Of a stretch of DNA of 64,000 bases, positions 40,100 through 52,572 are shown piece after piece. This stretch comes from Octopus sinensis (Eukaryota): assembly GCF_006345805.1 (NCBI RefSeq), contig NC_042999.1, positions 41,354,001 through 41,418,000 of the forward strand, in the 5' to 3' direction. How positions within the stretch are numbered: the stretch's first letter is position 1; the number at the start of each line of letters is the position of its first letter. The notes below the pieces were generated by a model. It had not been told where the DNA came from. It ran no database searches and worked only from the letters and a program-made list of their open reading frames with translations. Both the position numbers and the translations under genes were made by a program.

Positions 40100-42830
40100 T
40101 GATCTATGCATGATCCAAGACAGCTTCTCTTTCAACTTGAACTAATAGCTAACTCCATTGAAAGCGTTTTATTGATTTAAATTTATGAGAGCCCCCAAAC
40201 ATACCAGGCTCCTGACACATGTCTAATGTGTATTGCATTAAGTGGAGGTTGGCATGGGCAGATCCATTTGGGATCGTGTCTGTTCGGACATCCCCAGTTA
40301 GATTCGCTAACCTTTTAGCTAATATCGGTTAAGATCTTTAAATGGGTCTTTCAAAGATTTATGGGCCGAAAATATCAATATGGTCTCCTTCGTTTCACAG
40401 CAGCGCTACCACTGCTTGACTCACAAAACAGGCAATTATTCCGTTCTACTGCCAATAGATCGCAAAGCAATTTTGGCGGTCATAAGGATGACCATCCAAA
40501 TCAAGCCATTTTTTTCTTTCATGTACCCAACCACGCAGCTGTTATAGATATGATTCAACACTTCATCTGCCTTACCATGATTCGCTGCAGCTCGCGAAGG
40601 TATGAACTGAAATCCATCATGCATTCCGGTGGGACACTCGTTCTGAACAGTCGAACAAAGCAGTACTTTAAATCGGCGCGTATCTCCTTGGGGGGGCCGA
40701 TTTACATGTGCCTGTTTTAGTCTGCCAAAAACTGAATTGTGGATTTGCTGTTTTGGTGAGTCTCTGCTACTTCGGCTCATCGAACTGCTTTCGTCTTCGT
40801 TGCGTCTTTGCTCCCATAAGGCAAATTTCTTGCTTCGTGTTATAGAATTGGCCGTTGGCAAATCTGCTTGCGAGCAACTGGTCGCAAAGCTTTTCTTAAA
40901 CGTCTCTTCTACGTTTTTTTGTTTTTACTAAATCTCCACTATATTAGTTTTCTAATTACAACCTTACTAAACCTTAACAATTCTCTTCGACTCGACCTTT
41001 TCAGAAAGAACAAGACCTTGTTGTTGACTATTGCACTCGGCAACGCACTATTAGCTAATTCCCTAATCTGGTTTCTGTAAGTTTAGCGCACCAAGCGGTA
41101 CCTTCACCGTTCAGTAACTAGTTCCTGCGTATGAAGCTTCAACATATCCACGTACACATCATAAACTTGTGGTGTATGTAAGCGATGATTTTAAATTGTG
41201 GACAACAGATACTAATATTATCTACCACCCTACAGAATGCACTATCCAGATAAGATTTGGATGCCTAGTATGACTCATGTCATTTTGGCACATTTATTAA
41301 ATACAATTGCATATTTATCAGTCTGTTAGGAAGGTCTGACAAGGTTCATGATGCTTTAGTACCCCCTCCTATATCAGCTGCCCACCCACACATACACGGC
41401 AAAACTACATCCAAGATTACGTTGCAGTTGTCCGCTAAACCTAGAGAGTGGAAGGTATCGGAGAAAACCTCTGGATACCTGAAGAAATCTGGTCTCTCCA
41501 CCCTGTCAAGGCACCCACTTCATGGCTGCTCGGGTCCAGAACCACTAACTTAATTTCTAGTTCCATGAAGATAGTTCGTACCGTAATATCCATACCTTTC
41601 CGGAGCAACATAATAATTCCAAATAGCAGTCATCTTAGAGATGGGGACATTTCGTATCCACCAAAATGAATGTGAGTCTCGTGCCTCCTAAATTCTGGCC
41701 TCGCTGATGGTCTCCACATCTAGATCTACTGACCTAATGTTTTTGAGCTGGTTGCACTGCTTCTATAGCAACTCCATGTAACGTGAATTCATGCTGTCTA
41801 TTCTACGTGTGCCTGTTACACTGAACGAGAAAACCCCACTTACTTTATCCTGTCCCTCCGGTTAGTTCTTAATTTTTCCACAAACAGTTTTTTGTACAGT
41901 CTTTTGTTTATATTTCCTCTGGAGTCTCATATTCCTTCCAGATATTATTTTTGTAATATGTCGTATGTGTGCTGTGATACTTGAATGACTTTATGTTCGC
42001 TAGAATGCTATTACTTAATGTAATGTAGCTATTGGATGTGATGCTGGAGTGTGAAGCATTAGTATTTTATTGCTTGTGTTTATAGTCGCAAGTTAATGAC
42101 TTCTTTCTTTCTGTTTTTGTTTGTTCGTCTTTGGGTGTGTCTGTCATGGTTATAGCGGCAGAATGATAGTATTGATAGTGCTCAAAATCATCTCCCCCGT
42201 TTGTTCATATCTCCCACTTTTTATTGCTGCAGTGTTTTTTGTTTCTTTGCTTTTCTTTACATTAGTAATTTGCTTTACTATTTGGACTACTCACCATCAC
42301 GTTCGCCACCGACATATTGCTGTAGTGTGAGTTGGGGAGGAGCAAATGTTGGGTAAATTTTGGTTTTCTTTTTTTTTTTTGTAGTTATATTTCTCGTTTC
42401 GAGGTTTTCCATTGCAATTCTTTCTAATATGATGGCAGTTGATGGTGAAATATCTTCGTTTACATTTGTATTTTTTGTTATTGCTTCCATTCTTGGTGCT
42501 TCTGTTACTGTAGGCGCTACTTCCAATGTCTCAACTGCAACCGCAGCTATCACTGTTGCTGCACTTGTAAGCTGTTGCAGTTACTATAAATGTTTGTATT
42601 GCAGTTGCTGCTGTTTGTGGTGGTGTTGATGTTATAGTATTCTCTCAGCTGTTATTTTTCGTTCTTGTTGTTGCAAGAAAAAACTCTTCAGGAGATTGGT
42701 GTTTCCACATTCGTGGTATTGAGAAGCAATACCCTTCACCAAGCCTTGTTCTTGGTTACCTGCTTTTAATCTAGTAGGAAGCCAGTCTGCCATGACCATT
42801 CATAGGGCGTCTGGGACTAGTCAGACAGTA
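40100..42830 (-). mobile_element. Old, heavily decayed Tx1-clade LINE (ORF1 end, APE, RT start)
   Basis: 41150-41280 aligns by eye to 55310-55435. LLRKGMDITVRTIF..KLVVLD, PDFFR and MDFSSYLRELQRI parallel motifs in the 52-58 kb element. Confidence 0.75.
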
Positions 42831-42842
42831 AGGTCTGAAGGT

Positions 42843-43040
42843 GAAATATGTAGTCGTATTTCGTCTGCCAATACGTTCTGAGTTCAAATTCCGTCGAGGT
42901 CGACTTTACTTTTCATCCTTTCGGGGTCGATAAATTAAGTACCAGTTACGCACTGGGGTCGATATAATAGACTTAATCCGTATGTCTGTCTTTGTTTGTC
43001 TCCTCTGTGTTTAGCCCCTTGTGCGTAGTAAAGAAATTGG
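42843..43040 (+). mobile_element. SINE family D1, 5'-truncated
   Basis: Near-identical to 2268-2463. Confidence 0.9.
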
Positions 43041-45609
43041 TATCTTGGCATCTTGAAAGCTTAATTAGAATAAGCATCGAAACATTACTTTTGACGGAAC
43101 CGGAATAAATATTTTATTTTATGAAGAAATGTGTATGACAAATAATGCTATTGTGTAGATTATAATTAATTTTATAACATTTACACAGATGATAATTATG
43201 AGAAAGAATTTTTGTTTTGTTTTTTAATAGGATATCGTATACAAAAACTATTTATATAGATAGTTTTAGAGATGCTCAGACGCTACAGATTTTAATAGCA
43301 TAAAATACACAGCAATACAACATGGCTCATATGTTTAATTTGCTAAATACAGAAATTCAAAAGCGCTGAATGTATTAAAACACTATTGCTGTTTGAAAAT
43401 GAACACCTTACAATGGATAAATCGCTCGGAATATTGATTGTAATAATCATGCTGGTCAATTAATTTAATAATATTTGATGGAATGGAAGAAGTAAAGACA
43501 AAAAAAAATCAGTCTTGTAAACTTCGTAAATCGTGCAGTAATATCTATAGAATTAGAGTGAATAAAATCTCGCAAAATAATATGCACCTCGTGTCTTATA
43601 AAATACTATTAATAGTTTTCTGCCATTTGCTATTGCCTTATTTGATGCGATTGCTTCCATTATACATGAATTCATTGATTCGAACATGGCTCGACCTAGA
43701 ACAGTAATGACCTTTAGATTATTAGAGAATTATAATAAACACATTGGAGTATGAATAATTTTGAAGAGAATATGTAGGCTGTAATCATTACAAGAACGAG
43801 TTCAGGTGTCAGGAAATGGATTAAATTTGAGAGTGTATAAGCAATTATGATCATGGTGTCACTGCAATATACCTTTGTGAGTTGTATCTATCAATAATTC
43901 TAAACGTTTCCTGCCCACTTGTTGATAGTCTAATGAAATATACATATATACATACATATCACATTTATTCTTATAGTATAGAATGATATTGTATTGCTGG
44001 CGAAATTAATGTATTTTAAAGAAATAGTTTGCTATATTCATAATTTACGGTTTCTTAGGAAAACCAAATATATTTGTGTTTTTGTGTGTATTTGTGTATG
44101 TGTTTATATAGAGTTAAATGTATATAAATATGAATATATGTAGGTGTGTTTGTGTGTGAGTGTGTGTGAATGAATATATAGAGGTGTGTGTATAATGATT
44201 TTGCTGATAAGCTGTTGTCTGAACTCAATACACATATTTTTCGGAGTAAAGCTTACTTTAAAATACAGACAGTAGTAAGAATTAATGAAATGACACGGGA
44301 AAAGGTTTTTATCTATTCAACGACATTATCGTACAGTTGTTTCTGCTATGCGGTGACATTAGACCGCATCCCCCATTATACTAACACCTACACACAATCC
44401 CACGTAATGCTTTCAAACTCTTAACTGGCGATTAATTTAAATTTATTGAGCATATTTTAATTCATAACAAACAACTTGAATGTAGAAGTGGAATATGCGA
44501 AATTACTTTTCCAAAAATAATATCAAAGAGATACATGTGTGATATTTTTATTGATATTTATTGGTCTACGTCAAAGTTATGATGAAAACATGGATGAAGA
44601 TATGTACAATAACAGCTAGTTGACTTGTATAATCAGTGATATTTGAATAAGTTACCACCTTAGAAATTCATAGTCATATCGTAATGATTTTGTATTAAAC
44701 AGATACTGCTAAAATAATCAGGCTATTTATTACACCTACTATTTATGCTTACCAGTAGAGGTCAAGTGGGAATGAAATTTAGATATGAGTCATTGAAAAA
44801 TCTGGGCTTTACTTTGCCAAGGCCACAACGAATTAACTTTGTCGGGTGATTAAGTGTGAAGTCGATACGATGCAGTGCCTGTTGCGGCTCGTTACGTTCT
44901 GACTGCAAAGCTTTTGATGATACTAGCGCCAGACTGTATTGGTCTGGGTCAGTGGACTTTTCTTTGGATTACTATGTTGACGTTGAAAGGAGAGGCTTGC
45001 TTTTATGGCCAAATAATATTGGGTTTCCTTAAAAGATTCTGTCCCGACATGTATACCCACGTGGCCACACATTGCCAACAGAGGCCTCTACAAAATATAT
45101 GTCATCAACTGAGTCCCAAAGTACGGATGATACAGCTTTGTAAATATTTGTAGAATGCTGTAAAGCTGTCAGCTATAATATCGAGAAAATTGGTCTACCC
45201 AACAGAAACATAATCATGATAAATTAGGGTTTATGAAGTTATTTGAAGAATTTGTAATACAAATTTGGCATCAATCGTTATTACGATGTAGCGTCACACT
45301 ATTTGACATAGTTAATATAATATAATAATATAATATATGATAAATATATGGTTCATACGATATCTAAGACATATTCATTATTAGTACTCGATTTATTTGG
45401 AGAACAAGTTGTATTCTATGTAGTTTCTTTTATACATTGTAGAGGTTTTGACTTATTTATTGATACTTTGCAGAAGTAATTAAGACAAAGCAATGAAAAA
45501 AGCAATATACACTCCCATACATATATATGTGTGGTGGGGAGTGATATATTTGTAGATAGGGTGTGTATATGTTCGTATAATTGTAGAGGACTGTCTTCTC
45601 GAATATAAT

Positions 45610-46050
45610 TACTTGCAAGTCAGGTATAGGGGCATGCGTTGTTGCAGCGCCTCACTGCTTCCAACTTGTGTCGGTATTTGCTTGGATCATCCTAGGTATC
45701 CCTTGAGCACAGTCCTAGATACTCCCCGTTTCTGCGAGATTCTTCGGCGGAAGGAGAAGCATCGTGACCAGAGAAGAGAATACCATTATTCAAAATCCTA
45801 CTCAGAAAATCAAGCAATATGACCAAACACTCTGAGTTGATGCTCTTGAAACATACAAGTCACAGGACGCATCCCAATTTCTGATTTTCATCTTTAGTTA
45901 GATATGAAAACCCGACCGATGGTAATTCATAATCCTACGAAGCGTCTTGATACCAAAGGAGTTCAGGATACCCCTAAGTACCTCGGAAAGTATCTCTTAA
46001 CCTAATTATCAAGTCGAATCAACGTGACCCAAGTGCCATAAGACTAAACG
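45610..46050 (-). mobile_element. Degenerate RTE-clade LINE fragment
   Basis: Manual translation gives LNSFGIKTLRRIMNYH and QEHQLRVFGHIA, resembling the RTE C-terminus. Confidence 0.55.
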
Positions 46051-46094
46051 TTTGAATTTGTTGTGCAGTCTATCGAACAGGTTTCTGCACAGTT

Positions 46095-46152
<58 letters not shown>

Positions 46153-46269
46153 AGGCAAACATAAATAGACATGGTTGTGTATTTAAGAGGTTTGAACCAC
46201 ACTGTGAGGTATAAAAAAAAGGGGAATGTAACATTCTCGAGTTATACCGACACGTAAGGGCCACGAGAT

Positions 46270-46435
46270 GCCGGTCCATCGCTGGATTACACATTTTTGC
46301 CAGCTGAGTGGACTGGAGCAACGTGAAAATGAAGTGTTTTGCTAAAGAACACATCACGTCACATGGTCCAGCAATCGAAACCACAATCATACGATCGAGT
46401 CCAACAACCCTAACCGCTAAGCCACGGACCTCCAC
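46270..46435 (-). mobile_element. SINE head plus CORE-like body (C/E type), truncated
   Basis: cagctgagtggactggagcaacgtgaaa...atcgaaacc...cctaaccgctaagcc. Confidence 0.7.
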
Positions 46436-46551
46436 TACACTGTGAAGTACCTGTAACTTGTCAGTAGAATTTAATAGACGAAAATTCTGGAGAAGCCCGT
46501 CATACGTGTGTGTGTGTGAATGTCTAACTTCATGTTTCCCGTCTAAAATAT

Positions 46552-46921
46552 GGGAAGCACTCCGTCGGTTACAACGATGAGGGTTCCGGTTGATCCGAAT
46601 CAACGGAACAGCCTGTTCGTGAAATTAACGTGTAAGTGGCTGAGCACTCCACAGACACGTGTACCCTTAACGCAGTTCTCGAGGATATTCAGCGTGACAC
46701 AGAGAGTGACAAGGCCGGCCCTTTGAAATACAGGTACAACAGAAACAGGAAGTAAGAGTGAGAGAAAGTTGTGGTGAAAGAGTACAGCAGGGATCACCGC
46801 CATCCCCTCCCGGAAACTCGTGGAGCTTTAGGTGTTTTCGCTCAATAAAAACTCACAACGCCCGGTCTGGGAGCCGAAACCGCGAGTCCGCTGCCCTAAC
46901 CACTGGGCCATTGCACCTCCA
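46552..46921 (-). mobile_element. SINE family B
   Basis: 14-bp TSD CCCGTCTAAAATAT (46538-46551 and 46922-46935). Confidence 0.9.
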
Positions 46922-47324
46922 CCCGTCTAAAATATATCGGTGTTTTCATTATTTCTGATAAAAATTCGTACCAGACACAAACATCAATATTGGAGTTGAT
47001 ATGTCTAGAATACAACTCATGCAGACACTGCCTAACCGTTATCACATTGCAAAACATGAAACCAATAGAAGAACACAAAAAATGTGCAGACTCGTACACA
47101 CGTATAGATACGCGCATGCAAAGACTTCCTCTCCTCTATGAATATTTCTTATTCACACGGTCTCACTTTTAGAATACACAACACCCTGAGGTCCATAGTT
47201 AAGTCATGCTACATTCATCAACATAACGAAGACGAAAAACATTGCATTCGTTTTAGGAGGTAAATTTCGATAATAATCTAAGATGATGGAATTGACTTCG
47301 TTCTCCTCCTTCTAATCTCTGACA

Positions 47325-47386
<62 letters not shown>

Positions 47387-47446
47387 CATTCTCTCCCTGC
47401 CTGTCAGTCTTTTTATCTGCCTGTCTGTCTATCCGTCTTTGTCTGT

Positions 47447-47483
<37 letters not shown>

Positions 47484-47689
47484 GCTCACTCGCTCTTTGT
47501 TTCTTTCTGTCTTTTCTACCCCTTAATCTACATTGTTTACTTTCATTTTTTTACTTTTCCCATTAATCACACGTTCTCTCTCATTCTCTCTATCCCTCCC
47601 GCTCTGTCTCTCTCTCCCTCTATCTATCTATCTAGCTAGCTATCTATCTATCTCTCCTTTCGTACCATTCACTAGCTTTGTTCTCCATT

Positions 47690-47840
47690 CTTCTTCTTCT
47701 TCTTCTTCTTCTTCTTTTTCTTCTTCTTCTTCTCCTCCTCCTCCTCCTCATCCACTCCTTCTTCTTCTTCTTCTTCTCCTCCTTCTTCTTCTCTTCCTTC
47801 TTCTTCTTCTTTTCCTCCTTCTTCTTTTCCTTCTGCTGCT
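47690..47840. repeat. (TCT)n/(TCC)n microsatellite
   Basis: Direct inspection. Confidence 0.95.
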
Positions 47841-48319
47841 GTTACTATGTATTTTTGTACGAACAACTAACGAAATTTATGTAATTTTAATAAGCATAAA
47901 GAAAAACTTCAACAAGTCTATAACATATCAATTTTAAATGAAAATGTAACAGTCTTTACATAAGAACACTTTCGAAAAAAAATATCGAAAGATGAAAAAG
48001 AAGCAGCTTCCTAAAGCTTCTTGAATTAAAGTGGTATTCTCCTTTCGAGAGCGGGTAACTTTTTCCCTGTTAAAAAATCTAACATTTTAAAGTAATGTAT
48101 TTTTGTTACCAGTCAAATACCTTCAAAAATATTAGTACTAATGGGGACAGGATTGATATGAATATGATAGTAATTGTTGTTCTAAATATAGTTTATGATA
48201 CTATGGTACATTTCTTCTGAGAAATATTTGACACGCTTTTGTAGGATTGACATGTGACGTTTTGTCATGTGCGGTATATTTGTTGCAAATTTTGACACAA
48301 AACTTATTAGTTTCGGAAC

Positions 48320-49240
48320 AGTGGGTAAGTCAATTACATGGACCCCAGTGCTCAACTGGTATTTATTTTATTGATTCCAGAAGGATGAAATGCAAAGTCA
48401 AAATCGGCGGAATTTGAACCCAGACCGTAAATACGGACGAAAGGAAGCTAAGCATTTTGCCTTGGGTGTTAATGTTTCTGTTGACTCACCGCCATTTAAT
48501 AATGGTTTTACATTTTGGCATAAGACGATCAGTTTCGTGGGATGGAGTAAGTAAACCGATTATAACTATCCCAGTGTTTGACTGATACTTATTTTATCGA
48601 CCCCGAAAGGACGAAAGGCAAAGTCGACCTCGGTGACATTTGAACTCAGAACGTAAAGACATACAAAATGCCGCTACGCTTTTCGCTCAGCGTGCTAGCG
48701 ACTCTGCCAGCTTGCCGCTTTAAATATTCCTTTTTACTATAGGCACAAGGTCTAAAACTTTGGGAAGCGGACGCTTACGTTGATCCCAGTGCTCAACTGG
48801 TATTTATTTTATCGACTCCAAAAATGTTGAAAGGCAAAGTCGACCACGGCGACGTTTTAACTCAAAACGTTTAGACGAACGAAATGCCGCTAAGCTTTTG
48901 TTTTTTGCGGCATGCTAACGGGTTTGTCACATCGCTACACTGATGTACGATATAATATTAATTTCAAATTTTGACACAATGCCAGAAATTTTCAGTTAAT
49001 GTATTTTAGAATACCATTGTGGCTTTTCCGTGACGAATGCATTGCTTTTTTCGACCTCGAGCAATAAACGCAAAATTAATCCCGGCGGATTTTGAGCAAA
49101 TACCGGAATGTATAATATCTGACTCAATGATGATTCAGTCAACATTTCGGGGTCGATGAAATAAATACCAGGTGCGCACTTTGGTCGATGTAATCGACTA
49201 GACGCCTTTCCCCAAAATACCAGGCCTTCTACCTATACCA
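48320..49240. mobile_element. Cluster of at least four degenerate D-type SINE copies
   Basis: Minus copies at ~48320-48495, 48530-48720 and 48735-48940; a plus fragment at ~49140-49240. Confidence 0.75.
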
Positions 49241-49729
49241 GAAATGATCATTATGTGTATACGCAAGTGAAATGCCAAAGGAATGGGAACGTACACATTT
49301 ATGCTGTAACTACGAAAATCGTCAAGCTCGGATAGTTGTTTTGTGCCAGAGCGTCAGTTTATATCGTACTGTTAAAGGTGCGTTTTCTCACAAGCATATG
49401 TCTGTGTAAGTGCAAGTGAGTGTATTCTTTGCGGAGCCCTGAAATGTAGCTGGTGCTGAGAGTTATTCCAGTTGTCTATATATAATTCACACACACACAC
49501 ATACCTGCAAATACAAAAGTGCATATTTTCCTTTTCACATATAAGCACTATGCAATCTCTCAGCTATGCTTTTGAGGATGTCCAGAAACACTCAAGTATC
49601 GGTATATGTAACATCCAAGAATTTGAAGATAACCAATGCAAACAAATATGTGCGCCTGCGCATATCCTACTTTCGATCTATGAACCTTGTTGATGTGTTA
49701 CGCTATTCATTCTGAAACTGTTGAAAACA

Positions 49730-49730
49730 G

Positions 49731-49797
<67 letters not shown>

Positions 49798-50120
49798 TAT
49801 ATATATGTGTATATATATATATGTATATGTATATGTATATATATGGATATATATATATATATATAGATATATATATATATGTATATATATATATATGTAT
49901 ATATATATATGTTATGTATATGTATATGTATATATATGGATATATATATATATATATGTATATGTATATATGTATATATTTATATGTATATGTATATATT
50001 GATATGTATATATATCTATATATGTATATGTATATATTGATATGTATATATATCTATATATGTATATGTATATATTTATATGTATATATATCTATATATG
50101 TATATGTATATAATTATATG

Positions 50121-50153
<33 letters not shown>

Positions 50154-50217
50154 TATATATATATGATATGTATATATATATATATATAGTGTATATATAT
50201 ATATATATATGTATATG

Positions 50218-50248
<31 letters not shown>

Positions 50249-50263
50249 GTATATGTATATGTG

Positions 50264-50318
<55 letters not shown>

Positions 50319-50361
50319 TTATATGTATATATATATATATGTATTTATATATATATACACG

Positions 50362-50395
<34 letters not shown>

Positions 50396-50530
50396 CGTAT
50401 GTATCTACATGTCTTTGTAAGTGCTTACATATGCTTATAACTTTGTGGCGGTTTGTAGATGCATGGATACATTCAGGGCCAACGAGAAGAGTGTATGTGA
50501 AATGAAGAGAGAGAGAGAGAGAGAGAGAGA
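49730..50530. repeat. CT/TA/TATG/AG microsatellite region
   Basis: Direct inspection. Confidence 0.95.
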
Positions 50531-50776
50531 AAGAGGGGGGTGGGGAGAGAAAGAGAATTAAATAGGATATGAAATTCCTGTTCAAAAGATGTAATATAAA
50601 AGACCTTTGATCATCAATTGATCAAATATATGGCATCTTTTGGCAACATCCACCTGTTGAGAATGAGAGAGGGGTAAAAAGAACTTTTCTATGAGTGTTT
50701 ACATTGCAGCAATTGAATAATGGAACAAAGTGAGAGATTTATAGAGAGAATTATATATACAGTAACGGGCAAACAC

Positions 50777-50808
<32 letters not shown>

Positions 50809-50866
50809 ATAGCTAGCTAGCTAGATAGATAGATAGATAGATAGATACATAGATAGATACAAAGAT
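50777..50866. repeat. (GATA)n array at the 3' flank of the truncated Tx1
   Basis: Direct inspection. Confidence 0.95.
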
Positions 50867-50867
50867 A

Positions 50868-52122
50868 TGTTTCTTTATTAGCCACACAGGGCTGCACACA
50901 GATAGAACAAATTACAAGGTAGAGCTTTTCTTTTGAAGGTTTAAAAAAAAAAAAATTTAAAAAAATATTTTTTAAAAAATTTTTTAAAATAATAAAATAA
51001 CAAATAAAATAAAATAAAAAAGGGGGGTCGATCAAAAGGGATCGTAAAAGGAGAGAAAGAGGACAAAAAAGGGGGGGGGTTAAAAAAAATGGGGGAGAGG
51101 AAAAAAATTGATCAATAGGGATCGTTATCACAGAAATGTCAATATGAAGTGTAAAGGGGAGGACAGGTGAGGTTTACCCGTGGAAAGAAAAGCCTACGGA
51201 AAAGACCACGGTAACCTCGGTCAATGAAGTCACATGTTATATTTCTTTTTTTTTTTTGCAAATAAGCAACTCTCTGTATTAATTTTTACGGTTCATAGAA
51301 TCATAGTCAAGGTGGCTTCGTCATTCATACGTGCCATCCTTGCTACATTCACCCATCTTTTTTTAAAACATTCACTAGACAAAACTTGCCTCTCTACTCT
51401 CACTTTTTTCTTCAAGTGATACTTGAAAAAGTTGATGAGAGATTGACCAGAGAGGAAAGTGTTTGTCTCTAATCCTTTCAGACGCGTCCACCAGATACAT
51501 TCTTTCGCCATAGCCACAAGTATGATAAAAATAGCTCTTCCTTCCCGTTTGAAGGAAGGAGGCGTGACGATATTAACGATAGACTCGGCTGATAAACCGA
51601 CACGTCCCACACGTGACAGCAGTCGTTCGACATAAGCCCACAGGTGGGAAATTGCTGGACACTGCACGATTGCGTGCAGAGCGGTTTCGTCGCTCTGCCC
51701 GCATCTCGGGCAGGTCGGCCCCGTGTTTCTCGAGCCATGCCTATAGAGCTTATCCCGAACGGGTAGCGCTTCTCGGTAGCACCGCCAGGCCAGGGATCTC
51801 TGGAAGTTGTCCATAGGTCCCGGGCCGAAAGTCGTTTGAAACAGGCGGGTCAGGTATCCTCGTCGACGCCCAGGTTTGCCCCGAGCTCGTCGTCGTACCT
51901 CCCCTCCACTAATCCCCTATAGAATGCTTTGGTTGTGTTGAAGTCACTCAAGGTCGACCCGGGACGGCAGAGTTGCTTGAGAGCAACGCGACACTCGCGG
52001 TGCCATTCGCCCTTCTTCGGCCTCTTTTTGATCCACGACTGTAGTTCGGTCATGGAGACGAGTTGCGGGAATGCGTGCCTCACAAACGGCGACCACACCT
52101 GTTCACCGTCGTCTACATAGTG
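50868..52122 (-). mobile_element. 5'-truncated Tx1-clade LINE (sister subfamily)
   Basis: C-terminal ORF2 with CPRC...ET..H...C zinc motif, clearly homologous to but diverged from the adjacent full-length copy. One 1-bp deletion near 51857; 3' UTR ends AATAAAGAAA. Confidence 0.92.
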
Positions 52123-52176
<54 letters not shown>

Positions 52177-52237
52177 CTACCTAGATAGATAGATAGACAG
52201 ATAGATAGATAGGTAGATAGATAGGTAGATAGATAGG

Positions 52238-52267
<30 letters not shown>
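52123..52267. repeat. (GATA)n array between the two Tx1 copies
   Basis: Direct inspection. Confidence 0.95.
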
Positions 52268-52268
<1 letters not shown>

Positions 52269-52572
52269 CTTTCTTTTATTAGCCACACAGGGCTGAATAC
52301 AGAGGGGACAAATACAAATGCAGAGCTTTTCTTTTCGAGGGTGGAAAACAATTTAAAAAATGTAAGATTGCGATCAAAAGGGATCGAGAGGAGGAAAAAA
52401 AAGGAAAAAAAGGAAAATCGTGTATCACAGAAATAATGGTGTAAACATTGATATAACAAGATTGGGTTCGTCCGTGGGAAGAAAAGCCTACAGAAAAGAC
52501 CACGGGAACCCCAGTCAGGGAGGAAATAAACACATGAGGTCAAAAATGCTCTCTTTCTTTCTTTTTTACGAT

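Noticed and set aside
44870-45030. CSACCGSL...RRGLLLWP resembling a P-element/THAP9 C-terminus
   Set aside because: The similarity is too short to call without an HMM search.
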